Both the position numbers and the translations under genes were made by a program. The notes beneath the pieces are model-generated. The model was not told the origin of the DNA. It made no database searches and worked only from the letters and a program-made list of their open reading frames with translations. Shown here piece after piece: positions 11,275-23,970 of a DNA stretch of 64,000 nt. Origin of the DNA: Adineta vaga (lineage: Eukaryota; Animalia; Rotifera); NCBI GenBank assembly GCA_021613535.1, contig CP075494.1, positions 5,146,001 through 5,210,000 of the forward strand, read 5' to 3'. How positions within the stretch are numbered: the stretch's first letter is position 1; every line of letters begins with the position of its first letter.

Positions 11275-12348
11275 TTAACGATTGTTTGTATGTGTGGAAA
11301 AAAATGTTCGAAGAATGATTGAAATTCGATGTTGAAGTAGAAAATTAACACATTGTAATCGAAGACTATCCCGAAACAGTGCACTTGTTAATGTATTGAC
11401 ATAAAATTTTTTACAAAAGTTTCCATAGTAAAGCCATCGAGCAATATAACTGAAGATAATATAAAGAAGTAAAGATTCGAGATCAGAAGATAATCTTCGA
11501 TAAAAACTCAATAAGTAAATAACAGTGTATGGCAAGTGAAATATTATTCTAAGAGAAACTTGAACTAATAACATCTTAATCATATGACTATTTTGTCGAT
11601 TGGAAATACCGCCTGTACCATGAAGTAAACTATTATTTCCACTTTCTACTTGAGTAGTAACTCGTCGACGACTTTTCTTAACATTATGAATAATCATTAT
11701 GCCAAACATTAATAATAGAAATGGAATAATAACTCCGTTGAATAATGAAAAGAAATATCCATCGATTGCAATGAAAACTGCTGCCAAACTGGTTTGTACT
11801 GTACAGCGACTTGTATTGGTGATTGAATCTTGAACATAATCATAAGCAATAGGAACATGTAAACCAAATAAAGCCCATATCATCAACATTATAATGACAA
11901 CAATTCTACTGATTATTAGTCGACTCCATTTTCTCAATGTTTGATTTAATGAACTCATACAAAATCGATCAAACGATGCTAATGTTAAATAACATGATGT
12001 TAAACATGGAAATACAAATGTCATATAATTTCCCAATTTACACCAAACTCTAGTTGAATAAATTAAAGTTGAAAATATTGGATTGAATCTTGTTATAATT
12101 TCCATGAGAAGAAAAACTTGCATAATGCCAAGATCAACGACTGATGTTGATAAAAAGTAAAGTGAACATGGATTTCGTCGAATTTGTTTCTGAAGAAATG
12201 TTATAATATTTAAAATAGCTCCGACTACACCAGTAATATAGAGCATCACAATCATATATGAATCGAAAATCAACAGAATTTCGGATACACGAGTAATAGT
12301 ATCAACTAATGATCTATCTGTTGCTAATGTAATGTTTGACATTTTCAT
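11275..12348 (-). CDS. Orphan class A 7TM GPCR, intronless (tandem copy 2)
   Basis: 7TM pattern, VWCKL, ASFDRF; paralog of both neighbours. Confidence 0.88.
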   Translation of the reverse strand: MKMSNITLATDRSLVDTITRVSEILLIFDSYMIVMLYITGVVGAILNIITFLQKQIRRNPCSLYFLSTSVVDLGIMQVFLLMEIITRFNPIFSTLIYSTRVWCKLGNYMTFVFPCLTSCYLTLASFDRFCMSSLNQTLRKWSRLIISRIVVIIMLMIWALFGLHVPIAYDYVQDSITNTSRCTVQTSLAAVFIAIDGYFFSLFNGVIIPFLLLMFGIMIIHNVKKSRRRVTTQVESGNNSLLHGTGGISNRQNSHMIKMLLVQVSLRIIFHLPYTVIYLLSFYRRLSSDLESLLLYIIFSYIARWLYYGNFCKKFYVNTLTSALFRDSLRLQCVNFLLQHRISIILRTFFSTHTNNR

Positions 12349-12939
12349 AAATCAATGAAAATATGTGAAAAACGTTGTATTGTTATGAAGAAGAACTGAG
12401 AAATTTCAATGAATAAAGTGTTCTTGTTTTTTATATGAGCTACAAACAGTGATGATTATCGAAAGATTAATATTACCAAATTACGTATCAGTTTTTTTAT
12501 TAAAATCTCAGATATTCTCTTATATCATATTTGACCTCGCAGGACAAAAGATCACTGAAGTTCAATAGTTCTCAAAGTTATTAAGAGCATTTAAAAAATC
12601 AAAAAGCATGACTACGACTTTCGTTTTTGAAGAATTTCCATCGGCATCAATAAAATTCATTAGCGATTTCCAAAACATTCATCAGGATCAAAGAGTATCT
12701 TGCATACTGGTTGGCTAATCATTTTTCTTTATTTAGACTTGCTTTAAATTACTAAACTACAATTTCATCAGTAGACTAATTAAATCTCTTGAATTACATC
12801 AGGCTGTCGGTGACAGACAGAGTATTTATGAGTTCATCAATGTCAATATCATTCAGTGTATTTAATACGAAAGAATTTGATATGAATTTTTATTTAAAAT
12901 TGTATGACAGACAACAGTAAATAGAATATTGAACATTTA

Positions 12940-13983
12940 TTAAGTGTTTGCTCTGGTGAAAAGTGATATTTCATAATGATGAACGAATAGAGTGAATTGT
13001 TTTCGAAGACTACTACGAAATAAAGCACTTGTTAATGTATTAACATAGAAATTTTTACAATAATTCATATAGTAAAACCATCTTGCAATAAAACTACAAG
13101 TAATCAATACAAATAAAGGCAATGGGTCAGCTGGGATCGTTTGATAAAATCCCAATAGATAAATAATTACATATGGGATATTCAGAATAATTGTTAATAG
13201 AACTTGAACTAACAACATTTTAATCATATGACTATTTTGTCGACTACGAACAGTACCTATTTCGATACGTGAGTTGTTATTTCGTCCTTCTACTTGGACA
13301 GCAACTCGGCGACGACTCTTTCTAACATTATAAATAATCATTATACCAAATACCAATAAAAGAAACGGAACAATAGCACCATTAAATAAAGAATAGAAAT
13401 ATCCATCAATTGCAATGAAAACTGCTGCCAAACTGGTTTGTACTGTACAGCGACTTGCATTGGTGATTGGATCTTGAATATAATCATAAGCAATAGGAAC
13501 ATGTAAACCAAATAAAGCCCACATCATCAACATTATAATGACAACAATTCTACTGATTATTAGTCGACTCCATTTTCTCAATGTTTGATTTAATGAACTC
13601 ATACAAAATCGATCAAACGATGCTAATGTTATAAAACTAGATGACAAACAAGTTAATAGAAATGTCAGATAATTTCCCAATTTACACCAAACTCTTGATG
13701 GATATATTCGATTGGAAAGTATTTTATTGAATGTTATTATAATATCTAATAAAATCGTTACGTTCATCAAACATAAATCAAGAATTGAACCTGATAGAAA
13801 ATAAACTGCACATGAATTCTGTCGAATTTGTTTCTGAAGAAATGTTATAATATTTAAAATAGCTCCGACTACACCAGTAATATAAAGTATGACAATCATA
13901 TATGAATCGATAATCAAAAGAATTGCTGAGAGTTTATTAACATCTAGCATAGTAATACCTTTTGTATTAGATATATTCGACAT
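12940..13983 (-). CDS. Orphan class A 7TM GPCR, intronless (tandem copy 3)
   Basis: 7TM pattern, ASFDRF; shares near-identical DNA tracts with copy 2. Confidence 0.88.
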   Translation of the reverse strand: MSNISNTKGITMLDVNKLSAILLIIDSYMIVILYITGVVGAILNIITFLQKQIRQNSCAVYFLSGSILDLCLMNVTILLDIIITFNKILSNRIYPSRVWCKLGNYLTFLLTCLSSSFITLASFDRFCMSSLNQTLRKWSRLIISRIVVIIMLMMWALFGLHVPIAYDYIQDPITNASRCTVQTSLAAVFIAIDGYFYSLFNGAIVPFLLLVFGIMIIYNVRKSRRRVAVQVEGRNNNSRIEIGTVRSRQNSHMIKMLLVQVLLTIILNIPYVIIYLLGFYQTIPADPLPLFVLITCSFIARWFYYMNYCKNFYVNTLTSALFRSSLRKQFTLFVHHYEISLFTRANT

Positions 13984-14328
13984 ATTGATGTTCAAGATGA
14001 GAAATGGAAACGGTTTTTGATCTAAAAAGTTAATTAAATATACGTAAAAAATAGGCTAAATAGTTCTCATGAGTACGAGTATCAGATTTTAAGATGTTCT
14101 ATGACACTTTCTACTGAATAGAGAGAAAAAAGATTTCTTCGCAGTGAAATGTAAAATAGAATATTGTTCTACTTCTTATTATCTTGTTTATAATTTATTA
14201 GCTGAGCTATAATAGTTTATTCATTAGTATTAATATCTAATGTTATATTTAGTTTTTAGAAATCGAACAAGATATTCTAATAAGACAAATTAATTTCATT
14301 ATAAAATAGAAAGAGGAGATTATAAATG

Positions 14329-16950
14329 TCATTGAGAGTGAGTATTATTTTGTGGCGACGATTCTCGTTCAAGTTCACAAGCAGTTGTATGTGAATTATG
14401 TCCTCTTTTATGTTCACCTCTTTTGTCAAACAGTTGACCGATTTTGGAATGAATTCTTGCCAGATTTGATTTGTTTGGATTAGAAGATTTTTCTAAATAT
14501 TTTAATGTTTCTTGATAGGAATGAAGTGCATTTGAAGTATCTTCAATTTCGTTGTATAAACTAGCCATTCGTTCACAAATCTTTGCTAATTCAGGATAAT
14601 TGATAGAATCACGTTTGTTTAAAATGTCGTATGCATTTTGACATTGTTTTATTGCTTCTCGATATTTACATTTTGTTTCTAATACTTGACTGATACTGAT
14701 AAAAGTTTTAGCTATTTTAATTTCGTCTCGAATGAGACGATACTGTCGTATAAATGATACTTGATGCAAACGTTTCAATGCATGTTTGTATTCTTCGATA
14801 TTATAATACATCTCGGCAATATTTTCATATAATGCAGCTCGATAAATATGATTTACAGGATGAGATTTTTTATGAATTTTGAATTGTTTTAGATAAAAAA
14901 ATAATGCTTCTGAGTATTTATTCATACTTTTGTATGCGTCCGCTAAATTACCATAGGTTATTTGTAGATCGGAATGATTACGTGGAGTTATGTTCTTTTG
15001 TCTATCGAATGCTTTTAGATAGAATTCAAGTGCTGTTGGATATTCTTTTTTTTGATAATAAATTGATCCAAGATCATTGAATAGAGTCGCTAAATGTAAA
15101 TGATTAGAATCAGGAGATTGTTGATAGATTTCTAGAGCTTTATCAAAGAAATAGTGTGCATCGTCAAGCTTATTTTTGTATTGTTTTGTTTTTCCTATCA
15201 TATGATAACGATGACCATGTTTTTCGATGTCAATTTCCGAAGATTTGTTAATTAATATATCGTAAATATCTTCTGCTTGATCGAAATAACCCATTCTTAA
15301 GAATAGTTTACCAAGTCGATCCCATCCTGTCATATCTTGTATTTCTCGACGAACGGATTCAGTTAAATTTTTCAGATCACTATTATTGTCACTTGTTAAT
15401 GAAAGTTCTACTTGTCGTAAATGATCCTCACGTTCGGTTATTTTACCGATTCGAAATACAGAATTCATTGAAAATAATGCTTCATTTTCTTCATTTTCAT
15501 AATAACTTTCATTACTTAACGATGCTATTCGAGTCGATGTCAACACAGTAGGACTGACAGTTATTTTGAAAACGATACCTGTTAAATCTGGATTTTGTTG
15601 AGAACTTTCTGCATACATAACTGCGACACTTTCATCAAGAGTGGTGGAGAGAAATGTATTGAAACAAAAAAGACCGCCTTCCATCATTTCCAATTGCTCG
15701 AAATCGGCATGTGAAAGTCCTTGTCCTCGATAATAAGTACAGGTTTTTATAGATGATTGATGTAATTTGTCGATTTGTTTTTCAAGATGTTGAATAAGAA
15801 AACCAACTTTGATAATAACATGAATTTCTAGCAATCGAAATGCTTGATTAACTAAATTGAAAAGAAAACAATCTCGTGTATACCACCAAATTGGTGAATG
15901 TTTATGATATTGATCTTCTAATTCATTGATTATTTCCGAATATTTACTGGATTGATCATTGTATCTTTCACGACAAAATTCAGTAAATTCTTTTATCGTA
16001 TTATCATCATATGTCATGGTAAGTAGAATCTCTTTTATCAATGTTGTATACATAAATGATGGATCAAGACTATCCAGATCGATTGAACTGTTAGTTGTAA
16101 CAATAGATTCTCGACGTTTGTTTTGAATATCAGTCTTAATTATTTGATAAATTGAATTGATATTACCATAGATGTCTTTGATTTTATGATATTGATTTAT
16201 CCATTGTTTTTTCTGCGATGTGTTTGTGTCTAAGATGTAAATTGAATCGAGTTGTGATATTTCATGAACGTAACTGATGATTGAATGCGCAAAATCATGT
16301 GAAACGATTAGAAATATTCTTTGATCTGTAGCTTTTCGAAAAAAATCAATACACGCATGAGGTTTCTTGAAGGTTTTAATTTGATCAAATATTCGACGGA
16401 ATTGCCCTATCAAATGCCTGTGATCGTTTTGCAATTGTTCAATGTTTGAATCAAACCATACTAATTTTAAGTTATTATTGACTCGCAATGGTGATCGTAT
16501 TGGAGTCGGTTCATTTGGTGAAAGTGGTTCGTCTGTATCACTGTCGAAAAGAGTTGTTACTGATATGGTATCTTGATTTGAGATTTGTGGTAGTTTAAGT
16601 TGTGAACTTGCTAAACAGTTGTAAGCTTCATTGGAAAGTTTCGATCTGAATGATAAGTCTTTTGAAGTAGTAATAGACTGTGAAACTGGTATTGGTGGTA
16701 GTTTTAAAACTTTTTCAGTCACATTTGTATTTACTTCAAAGGAGTGAGTGAGTCGAGTAATTGGTAATTCTCTTCTTGGAAGTATTAGAGGTTTTCTCGG
16801 TATAATTTTTGGTAAATATCCTGTTATTTCAACTTTTCGACCGGTAACTTCACCAACTGTTTCATATTTAAAGGCATGCTTATGCCATGCTGTTGATCTT
16901 ATCTTATCTTTGGTAAGTGCTTTGAAGTAGAATTTACGATCGTTCGACAT
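14329..16950 (-). CDS. NAD+-arginine ADP-ribosyltransferase (R-S-E, toxin-like ART) with C-terminal TPR array and upstream receiver-like domain
   Basis: PIWWYTRD, YYRGQG (R), FNTFLSTTLD (STS-like), ENEENEALF (ExE), then about 8 TPR-like repeats; intronless 873 aa. Confidence 0.88.
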   Translation of the reverse strand: MSNDRKFYFKALTKDKIRSTAWHKHAFKYETVGEVTGRKVEITGYLPKIIPRKPLILPRRELPITRLTHSFEVNTNVTEKVLKLPPIPVSQSITTSKDLSFRSKLSNEAYNCLASSQLKLPQISNQDTISVTTLFDSDTDEPLSPNEPTPIRSPLRVNNNLKLVWFDSNIEQLQNDHRHLIGQFRRIFDQIKTFKKPHACIDFFRKATDQRIFLIVSHDFAHSIISYVHEISQLDSIYILDTNTSQKKQWINQYHKIKDIYGNINSIYQIIKTDIQNKRRESIVTTNSSIDLDSLDPSFMYTTLIKEILLTMTYDDNTIKEFTEFCRERYNDQSSKYSEIINELEDQYHKHSPIWWYTRDCFLFNLVNQAFRLLEIHVIIKVGFLIQHLEKQIDKLHQSSIKTCTYYRGQGLSHADFEQLEMMEGGLFCFNTFLSTTLDESVAVMYAESSQQNPDLTGIVFKITVSPTVLTSTRIASLSNESYYENEENEALFSMNSVFRIGKITEREDHLRQVELSLTSDNNSDLKNLTESVRREIQDMTGWDRLGKLFLRMGYFDQAEDIYDILINKSSEIDIEKHGHRYHMIGKTKQYKNKLDDAHYFFDKALEIYQQSPDSNHLHLATLFNDLGSIYYQKKEYPTALEFYLKAFDRQKNITPRNHSDLQITYGNLADAYKSMNKYSEALFFYLKQFKIHKKSHPVNHIYRAALYENIAEMYYNIEEYKHALKRLHQVSFIRQYRLIRDEIKIAKTFISISQVLETKCKYREAIKQCQNAYDILNKRDSINYPELAKICERMASLYNEIEDTSNALHSYQETLKYLEKSSNPNKSNLARIHSKIGQLFDKRGEHKRGHNSHTTACELERESSPQNNTHSQ

Positions 16951-18020
16951 CGTGATTTTCTACTAAATATTAAAATGACAAAAAATATACAATTCACTGC
17001 TCAACTGTTATTAACGAACGTATGCCTATAGATGAGTATGAGTTTCAATACTGACGAACTTGTTTAGTATCATACAAATCTTCACAAACCACATCGACAA
17101 ATATCTTACCTGTAGTTGTTGTCTTATTCATGAAATAGGTTAGAATAGTTGCATTGACTTATTTAAGGACAAAAAACGCGTTCTTTCACCAGTTTTATTT
17201 TTTTATATGAAGTTGATAAAGTATTTCTTATCGAACGTCGTTTATTTTGCTTTGTCATTTTTTATTAGTTTATCTGCGCCGAAAATGCAAAATAAAAGTA
17301 TGATATTTCAAAGCTTGTTTGAATACGATCGTATAACCAGTCTCTCGGCAACTCTTTTTTATGACATATGTCTATATGAGTCCAGTCGTTACAATTATAT
17401 CATTTAATCTGTAAAGATTTCTCTTCCTTCCTACTTCAATAAGAGAATAATCAAAAAAATTTGAAAACAACTAATACACATAATCAAATCGTGATATTAT
17501 AGTCTCAAAAGAATATAAAGTCAAGTATACCACGTATTCTGTCTTTCTACCTGTAGCTTGAAGTTACTAATCGATTATCCGTTATCGATAATTATTTTCT
17601 TCGTATTCATCGAGATTATAATACGGAATTCGATATTTGCATCTTGAGCACAAGATAGTGCTTTCTTTTATTTGAATTTTATCATCGAAAATTAATCATT
17701 TCTAATAAAGCAACATTGACTCGTTCCGAGAAAATGTTATCAAATAAAGCATACATTTTTTCCAACAGAATCGTATGAAGAGTATTGTGTGAGAAAAAAA
17801 ATTAAGGTATTTTTATGAGTGTAAGGTATGAGTAGGACAATAAACCAAGAATGAGTCAAATACGGAAGTATAGAAAATAAAAAGAATAGAAGCATTTGAA
17901 TTACATCAAAGTAAGAAGAGCATAGCAAACGATTAAATTGGAAAAAACCCACAATTTGATTATGTCATATTATAAATTTACATGTTATTGTAATATTGAA
18001 ATCATTTTATAGAATAAACC

Positions 18021-19355
18021 ATGAGTAATACAACACTAAAACCAACAGCTAGTTCCGAGAAATTAAAATGGCAAGCTAAATCAGCATTTAATGAAGGCAA
18101 TTATACATTAGCGATTGAATTATTTAGTTATGCCTTAGAACAAGTACCAAAATACGCCCCTTATTTAACAAATCGCGCTTTATGTTATTATCGTTTAAAT
18201 GATGCCGATAAAGTAATGAAAGATGCATCGTCAAGTATTCAATCCGATCCCAAATGGACTAAAGGATATTTTTACAAGGGCAAAGCATTAGAAATGTTAA
18301 ATCGAAAAGATGAAGCTATTGAATTTTATCGTAAATGTTGTGAGTTAGAACCAAATGCAAAAGAATATGAGGATGTTCTTAATGACTGTCTTCGAACACA
18401 ACAACGACCACCAATATCTACTCCAATCAATAAACCAGTTAATCAAATATCAAGTCATGATGTCATATGTGATGTATGCCGATGTCGTCCAATTATTGGT
18501 ATTCGATATAAATGTTCTGTGTGTGATGATTATGATCTCTGTTCAAAATGTATTAATTCAAATCCAAATCAAAAAGGACACCGAGATACACATTCATTAA
18601 CTCCAATTAAACAACCTCAACAATCATCTCCTCTGATTCGACCATTATCTACAATGTCGAATACAACATCAACACCACGACAGATTGACATATCACTTTC
18701 TATAAATAGTTATAACGTTGTTCTAGTTGTAGATGTGTCTTTATCAATGATTGGCTATGAATCACAAAATCGAATAAACCCAACAAAAAATCGTTGGCCA
18801 GCAACTGAACGTGGTATAATTAAAATCGCTGATCAATTAGGCGTGAAAGATTGTCTGACTTGTTTAGCATTTAATGCTAAAGTTTATGAAGTAATGGATG
18901 GTGAAACAGCGAATATGGCCAAATTAAAACTTGCACTTGTTCTTCCAGCTTTAAAACCGAATATAACTGACGAAAATTCTGGAACTGCTTTGTACGATGC
19001 AATTGATTCAACATTTAGAGTTTTATTACGAAATAAACTTGCTGGTCTTTTAGTGGGTGATTCGAATCGAAATCAGATTATTTTATTAACCGATGGAGAG
19101 GATTGTAGTTCAACGAACTGTAATTTAGATCAAGCATGTCAACGAATGAAAAGTATTTGTGATGATTTTGAAACCGATGTTTTATTAATTGGAATTGGAC
19201 TAGAATATCAAGGAAGATTAGCAATGAATCAATTGAAACGATTCGGTGGTGATCGATGTAAATTTTTAGATTTAAGAAATTTAGCAGAATTAGATGATAT
19301 TTTTGATCGAATATCATTTATTTTTACACAACGTACGGCTGTTATTAATGTTTAA
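18021..19355 (+). CDS. TPR + ZZ zinc finger + vWA domain protein, intronless
   Basis: Three STI1-like TPRs; CDVCRCRPIIGIRYKCSVCDDYDLCSKC..H...H (ZZ); MIDAS DVSLS, GTALYDAI, ILLTDGED. Confidence 0.88.
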   Translation: MSNTTLKPTASSEKLKWQAKSAFNEGNYTLAIELFSYALEQVPKYAPYLTNRALCYYRLNDADKVMKDASSSIQSDPKWTKGYFYKGKALEMLNRKDEAIEFYRKCCELEPNAKEYEDVLNDCLRTQQRPPISTPINKPVNQISSHDVICDVCRCRPIIGIRYKCSVCDDYDLCSKCINSNPNQKGHRDTHSLTPIKQPQQSSPLIRPLSTMSNTTSTPRQIDISLSINSYNVVLVVDVSLSMIGYESQNRINPTKNRWPATERGIIKIADQLGVKDCLTCLAFNAKVYEVMDGETANMAKLKLALVLPALKPNITDENSGTALYDAIDSTFRVLLRNKLAGLLVGDSNRNQIILLTDGEDCSSTNCNLDQACQRMKSICDDFETDVLLIGIGLEYQGRLAMNQLKRFGGDRCKFLDLRNLAELDDIFDRISFIFTQRTAVINV

Positions 19356-19493
19356 AGAGTTTTTTCTCTCCTACAAGAACATGTATTCGAGATTTGTCAT
19401 GCTTGATGTAATATAAGTTTATTTATTTGTATGAAATTTAAAAAGCAAAGTTAATAAAATTGATCGGTATTAGTTTCTTTTTGATTGAAGTTC

Positions 19494-22393
19494 TTAATGC
19501 TCATTTTCATTGGTATCAGTATATATTGAAGATGCATCAAAAGCTGGATTCGTTGTAGGTATAACGGCATTATTTTTGTTCTCTAGTATTGATGATCGTT
19601 TCGAGGACACGTCTTCAACACGAATTTGATTGTTGGTTGCTTCACTTTTCAAATGAGCATATCGTCCCTTTTGATCATTTCTTCGTCTTGGACCCCAAGT
19701 TTCTGCAGGCGAGTTATTCAGTCTCAATGCTTCTAAGTAAAGTGGTCTTTGTGAAGAGGCATCGGAACGATCGCCAACGGATCCATTTGAAGTGGTATTT
19801 GTCTTCGAATAGTTTCAAATTAAAGTTGAAAAGAAAAAGAAAAACAATAAAACATACCAATCGTTCGGCAGACAGTTTTCGATATTGTTTAATATAACTG
19901 ATAATAAAAACGAGTGGAACTGGTAGAATACAAAAGGCAAATATAAACCAACCCAGAACAGTACTCCATGTTGGATATTCATATTCTTCAAAACCAGCCC
20001 CAGCTTGATCGATCAATGGTTGAGAATTCAATAAATTCGTAATGGTAAGAATCTTAAAGACAGAACGAATAGTACAAATTTGATCTATTCATTTCTATTT
20101 ACCAATGTCAGTAAGGGTGCTGTGATACACCATGTTATAAACAGATAGTATTCGGCTGCTCGTTTACCCAACATCATTGAAACATCATCCATAAATCGAT
20201 CAAAACCATAGATGTATGCAACGGTCACTACTTCGAAAAAGCCAATAAATACTAACGATATATTAGCTGTATATTCTTGAAAAAGCTCGAAGAGATAAAT
20301 ACCACCCTAAGACAAACAATAGGTATGAATTTTTTTCGATAATAAAGACTACTTACAGGACAAGCGAATGGTAAACTAATAATATAGAAAATGATACAAG
20401 AAATAATGACGAGTAGATAGCGTTTATTTGCATAACGTGGAAAAAATTCCATAAGAGCAGTAATTGGTACATCAGTCGAAGCAAACTAGAATAGGTAGTC
20501 AAAAGTTCGTTTTAAATAAAGATCTAGAATCGATTTACCTGTGATCCTAATCCAAGAGCAAGAAGCATCAGAAAGAAGATAATAGAAAAAAATGGACTAG
20601 CAGGCATTTTTGAAAGTGCTTCAGGATAGGTTATAAAAGCTAAACCAGGCCCAGATGCTTTTGCATATTCATCAACTGGTGCACCTAATGATTTTGCTAG
20701 AAATCCAATCGTAGCAAAAACAGCAAAGCCCGCGAAAACACCAGTAAAACAATCACACGAAACCACAATACACATTTGTCTATTGTTAACATACAATGAT
20801 AATCATTAGATCAAAGAGAGAACTTTTTCTTACCGATAAAAATTATTGTTAAATTTATTAGCTGCTGAATAGGCGATTAGTGAACCAAAACTAAGACTTA
20901 GAGAAAAGAACACTTGAGATGCTGCTGCTTGCCAGATCTTTAAAAAAAATAGTTAGTTATAGTTAGTCAAACGAATGTTTAAACTAAGCAAGATATTTTC
21001 AATGAAATTGAATATGATAGTTCATACCTTAAAATTACCAATCAATTCCCATCGAGGTATAAGATAATACTTGATACCATCACCAGCTCCATCCAAAGTT
21101 GATGTAAAGATGATAAGTACAAGAAGAACGATGTATGGAAAGATGGCAGTAAAATATGCCACCTAAACATATATTCAATAAAATTAAATGAATAGTAAGA
21201 AGATATTTACTTTGCCCGATGATTGAACACCACGAATAATGCACAAGCAAATAATAAGCCAAGCTGCTAATAATAACACAGACATATAAGTACCAGGTAC
21301 ACCAAAATCATCAAAACTTGAACTTTTATTTAACAATAAACGACTAAAAAAACTTTTGATTGAAAACAAAACCTAATTATGACGAAGTAGGACACTTACT
21401 AGAAGAATTCTTCTGTAGCTGCTACTCTTCCAGTCAAATTAATTTGACGGCAATCATATTGAGATAAGTTATAATATTGTTCTTGTGTACAATTCCATGT
21501 TGTTCCATTCTCGCTGAAAAAGTTATTTGCATTACCGGGTACAAAACATCGATCTGTATTCCACCAGTTACCACAATCAGACCACAATAATTTTGAGCGA
21601 AACGAAAGAACGAAATAAAAGAGAGCCCAAGCAATTAAAACATTGTAATAAAGAGTGCCCAATATACTATTTATAATCATTGCAATACCAACGCCTAAAA
21701 AGAAAGTAATCGTAAAGATGGAAAATATTCTTTCGATTTTGTACCTTGCCATCCTCGACCGAGAACGAATCCAGTAGCTGGACCTCGACTTGTAAATTGT
21801 CCGAGAGCTAGTTCCATGAAATACAATGGAGCTCCAATGAGAAAATAGAGAATGAAGTATGGAATAAGAAAAGCACCTAAAATAATCAGAAAACTATAAA
21901 AAAAAAGGAAAGAAAACAGTGCCATAAAAACTGACCTCCACCACTTTGTGCTGCAAGATACGGAAATCTCCAGACATTACCAAGACCAACAGAGTTTGAA
22001 ATAAGCGACAAAACGAATTCAATAGGACGATCCCATTGATGTTTATTTTCTTCCTGTATCAAACTTTGAATAACAATCGATTTGTTGTTAAGATAACACT
22101 TACATCCTCATCATTACCATCATGATTTACGACTTCAATATTATCGGTATTCGTTGGACGAACAGCAGCATTTGAGCCACGAAACTAGAATAACAAATCA
22201 ATCGTTTTCTTTTCACTCATCAAAATATTTTACAGATGTTCTTAATTTACTAACCAAGACTCAAAAGAACAAAACGATGCATGTCTCATAAATAGTATAA
22301 CTCTCATACCAAGCGAAAAGTCACAAAAAAAACCAATTGTCAGTTGTTTTCAGAAGAAAAATGACTTACTCTATTTAGAAATCTATTGAACAT
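19494..22393 (-). CDS. SLC6 sodium:neurotransmitter/amino-acid symporter, multi-exon
   Basis: [31 protein letters not shown]; MELALGQF; [13 protein letters not shown]; [14 protein letters not shown]. Probable first exon 22393-22370 (MFNRFLNR). Confidence 0.92.
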
Positions 22394-23970
22394 AACACCT
22401 CAACAATATATATGTTGTTTTGTTTCACTATTGTCACACAACTGTCAGTATTATTGTGTTGAAATACGTCAATTCACCTTGGATTGATAAGAACTATAAA
22501 AAGAAATACTGATGTAATCTTCATATACCATATCTGCAACAGAAGAATGACAGAGCACAAATATCATTTTGTCATTGTTCTCTCCCCCCCCCCTCTTTTT
22601 TTATGTCTACAAAATAACTTTTCAACAGAATGAAATGTTGTTTTCACACACTTCAACAATAAAAAATAGATGTAAAGAACTTTGTAATTGAATATCATTA
22701 TTCATTATTATTTCGTGAAGTTTATGTAAGAAAAAACTTTGAAGAAAATTGTGCGTTTATCAATATGCAAACAGCAAATTACTTTTGTCAATACTTAATA
22801 GTTCTCTTGCAGTAAGATAAAAGAAAGAATAATATGTTTTATAAAATTATTTTGATAACAAAAAACCATTTGATTTTTTTTTTGCATAGAAGAAACAATT
22901 CATACGAATCATTTTGAATTCTATTTTCATGTACATTCATTTATTTTGTTTAATTTATATCCGTATGGATTCAAATTTCGATGATAAAATTGAATACCAA
23001 TCAGTTTTTTTTGTGACCCTTGAATTGAGTACAATCAATTCACATTCTCCGTATGATATTGTTAATACGAATATGAATAGAGAAAAAGAAATCATATTTT
23101 CTTAATCTACAATGATCCCTTTCGATTGAATGCTTATAGTTTCTATTCTAATCATACTTCACATTGTGTTTGTTCGAATAATTTCCTTACAAATTCATTC
23201 TTTTTTTTTGTAAATAATTACTTGATGTCTTTCATTGATTTGTAACAGCGGCTTTTTCCTGACAAAATCATCTTTTCTTTCTTTGTAATGTTGATTTTGT
23301 TAAAAGCAAAATTGTTTCTTTTATTAACCTTTCTACTATGGAAAACTAATATACAATCAAAACGATCGATATGAACTTATTTTCATTTTTCCAAATGTAC
23401 TCAACGTTCAACTGATATTAACATATAGTTTTGTCGTTTGAGAAATCACCGAATTCTCATGTGAATAATTAAAAATATTCTCTTTCTATTTCAAAGAAAA
23501 GAGAATGTCAATCATCAAAATCTAATATGTATTATTTCCATTAAAATGGGAAATAATTGAAAATAATGTTCTATGGTTTCACTCAGAATGAAAACTAATC
23601 TTTGATTGATCTTTGAATATAAGATTAGTCTGTCATAGTAGAATAAAGACCTCGTTTTCCGGTATTGAAACAGAAGAACGGATGTTGATTAAAGGCATAC
23701 GCGTTTTTCTTTAGTAATGATTGACATCCGACAAAGAAGAAAACTCATTTTCTCGAACCATTACCAATAGAATTTCTCGATCGTCATTTGACTTTAAAAT
23801 GAACGAATGTCAGAATTTGTTCACAATCGGAACATACATTTCTCACAAGAAAAATAAGAGAAGAGAAGGAGAGAGAGAGAGATTTAGTATATATAGGGAA
23901 CGTACATTAGTAGACAATCATTCATTTCTTTTCACATTTCTTGAAACATATATAAGAAATCTTCAAAACA

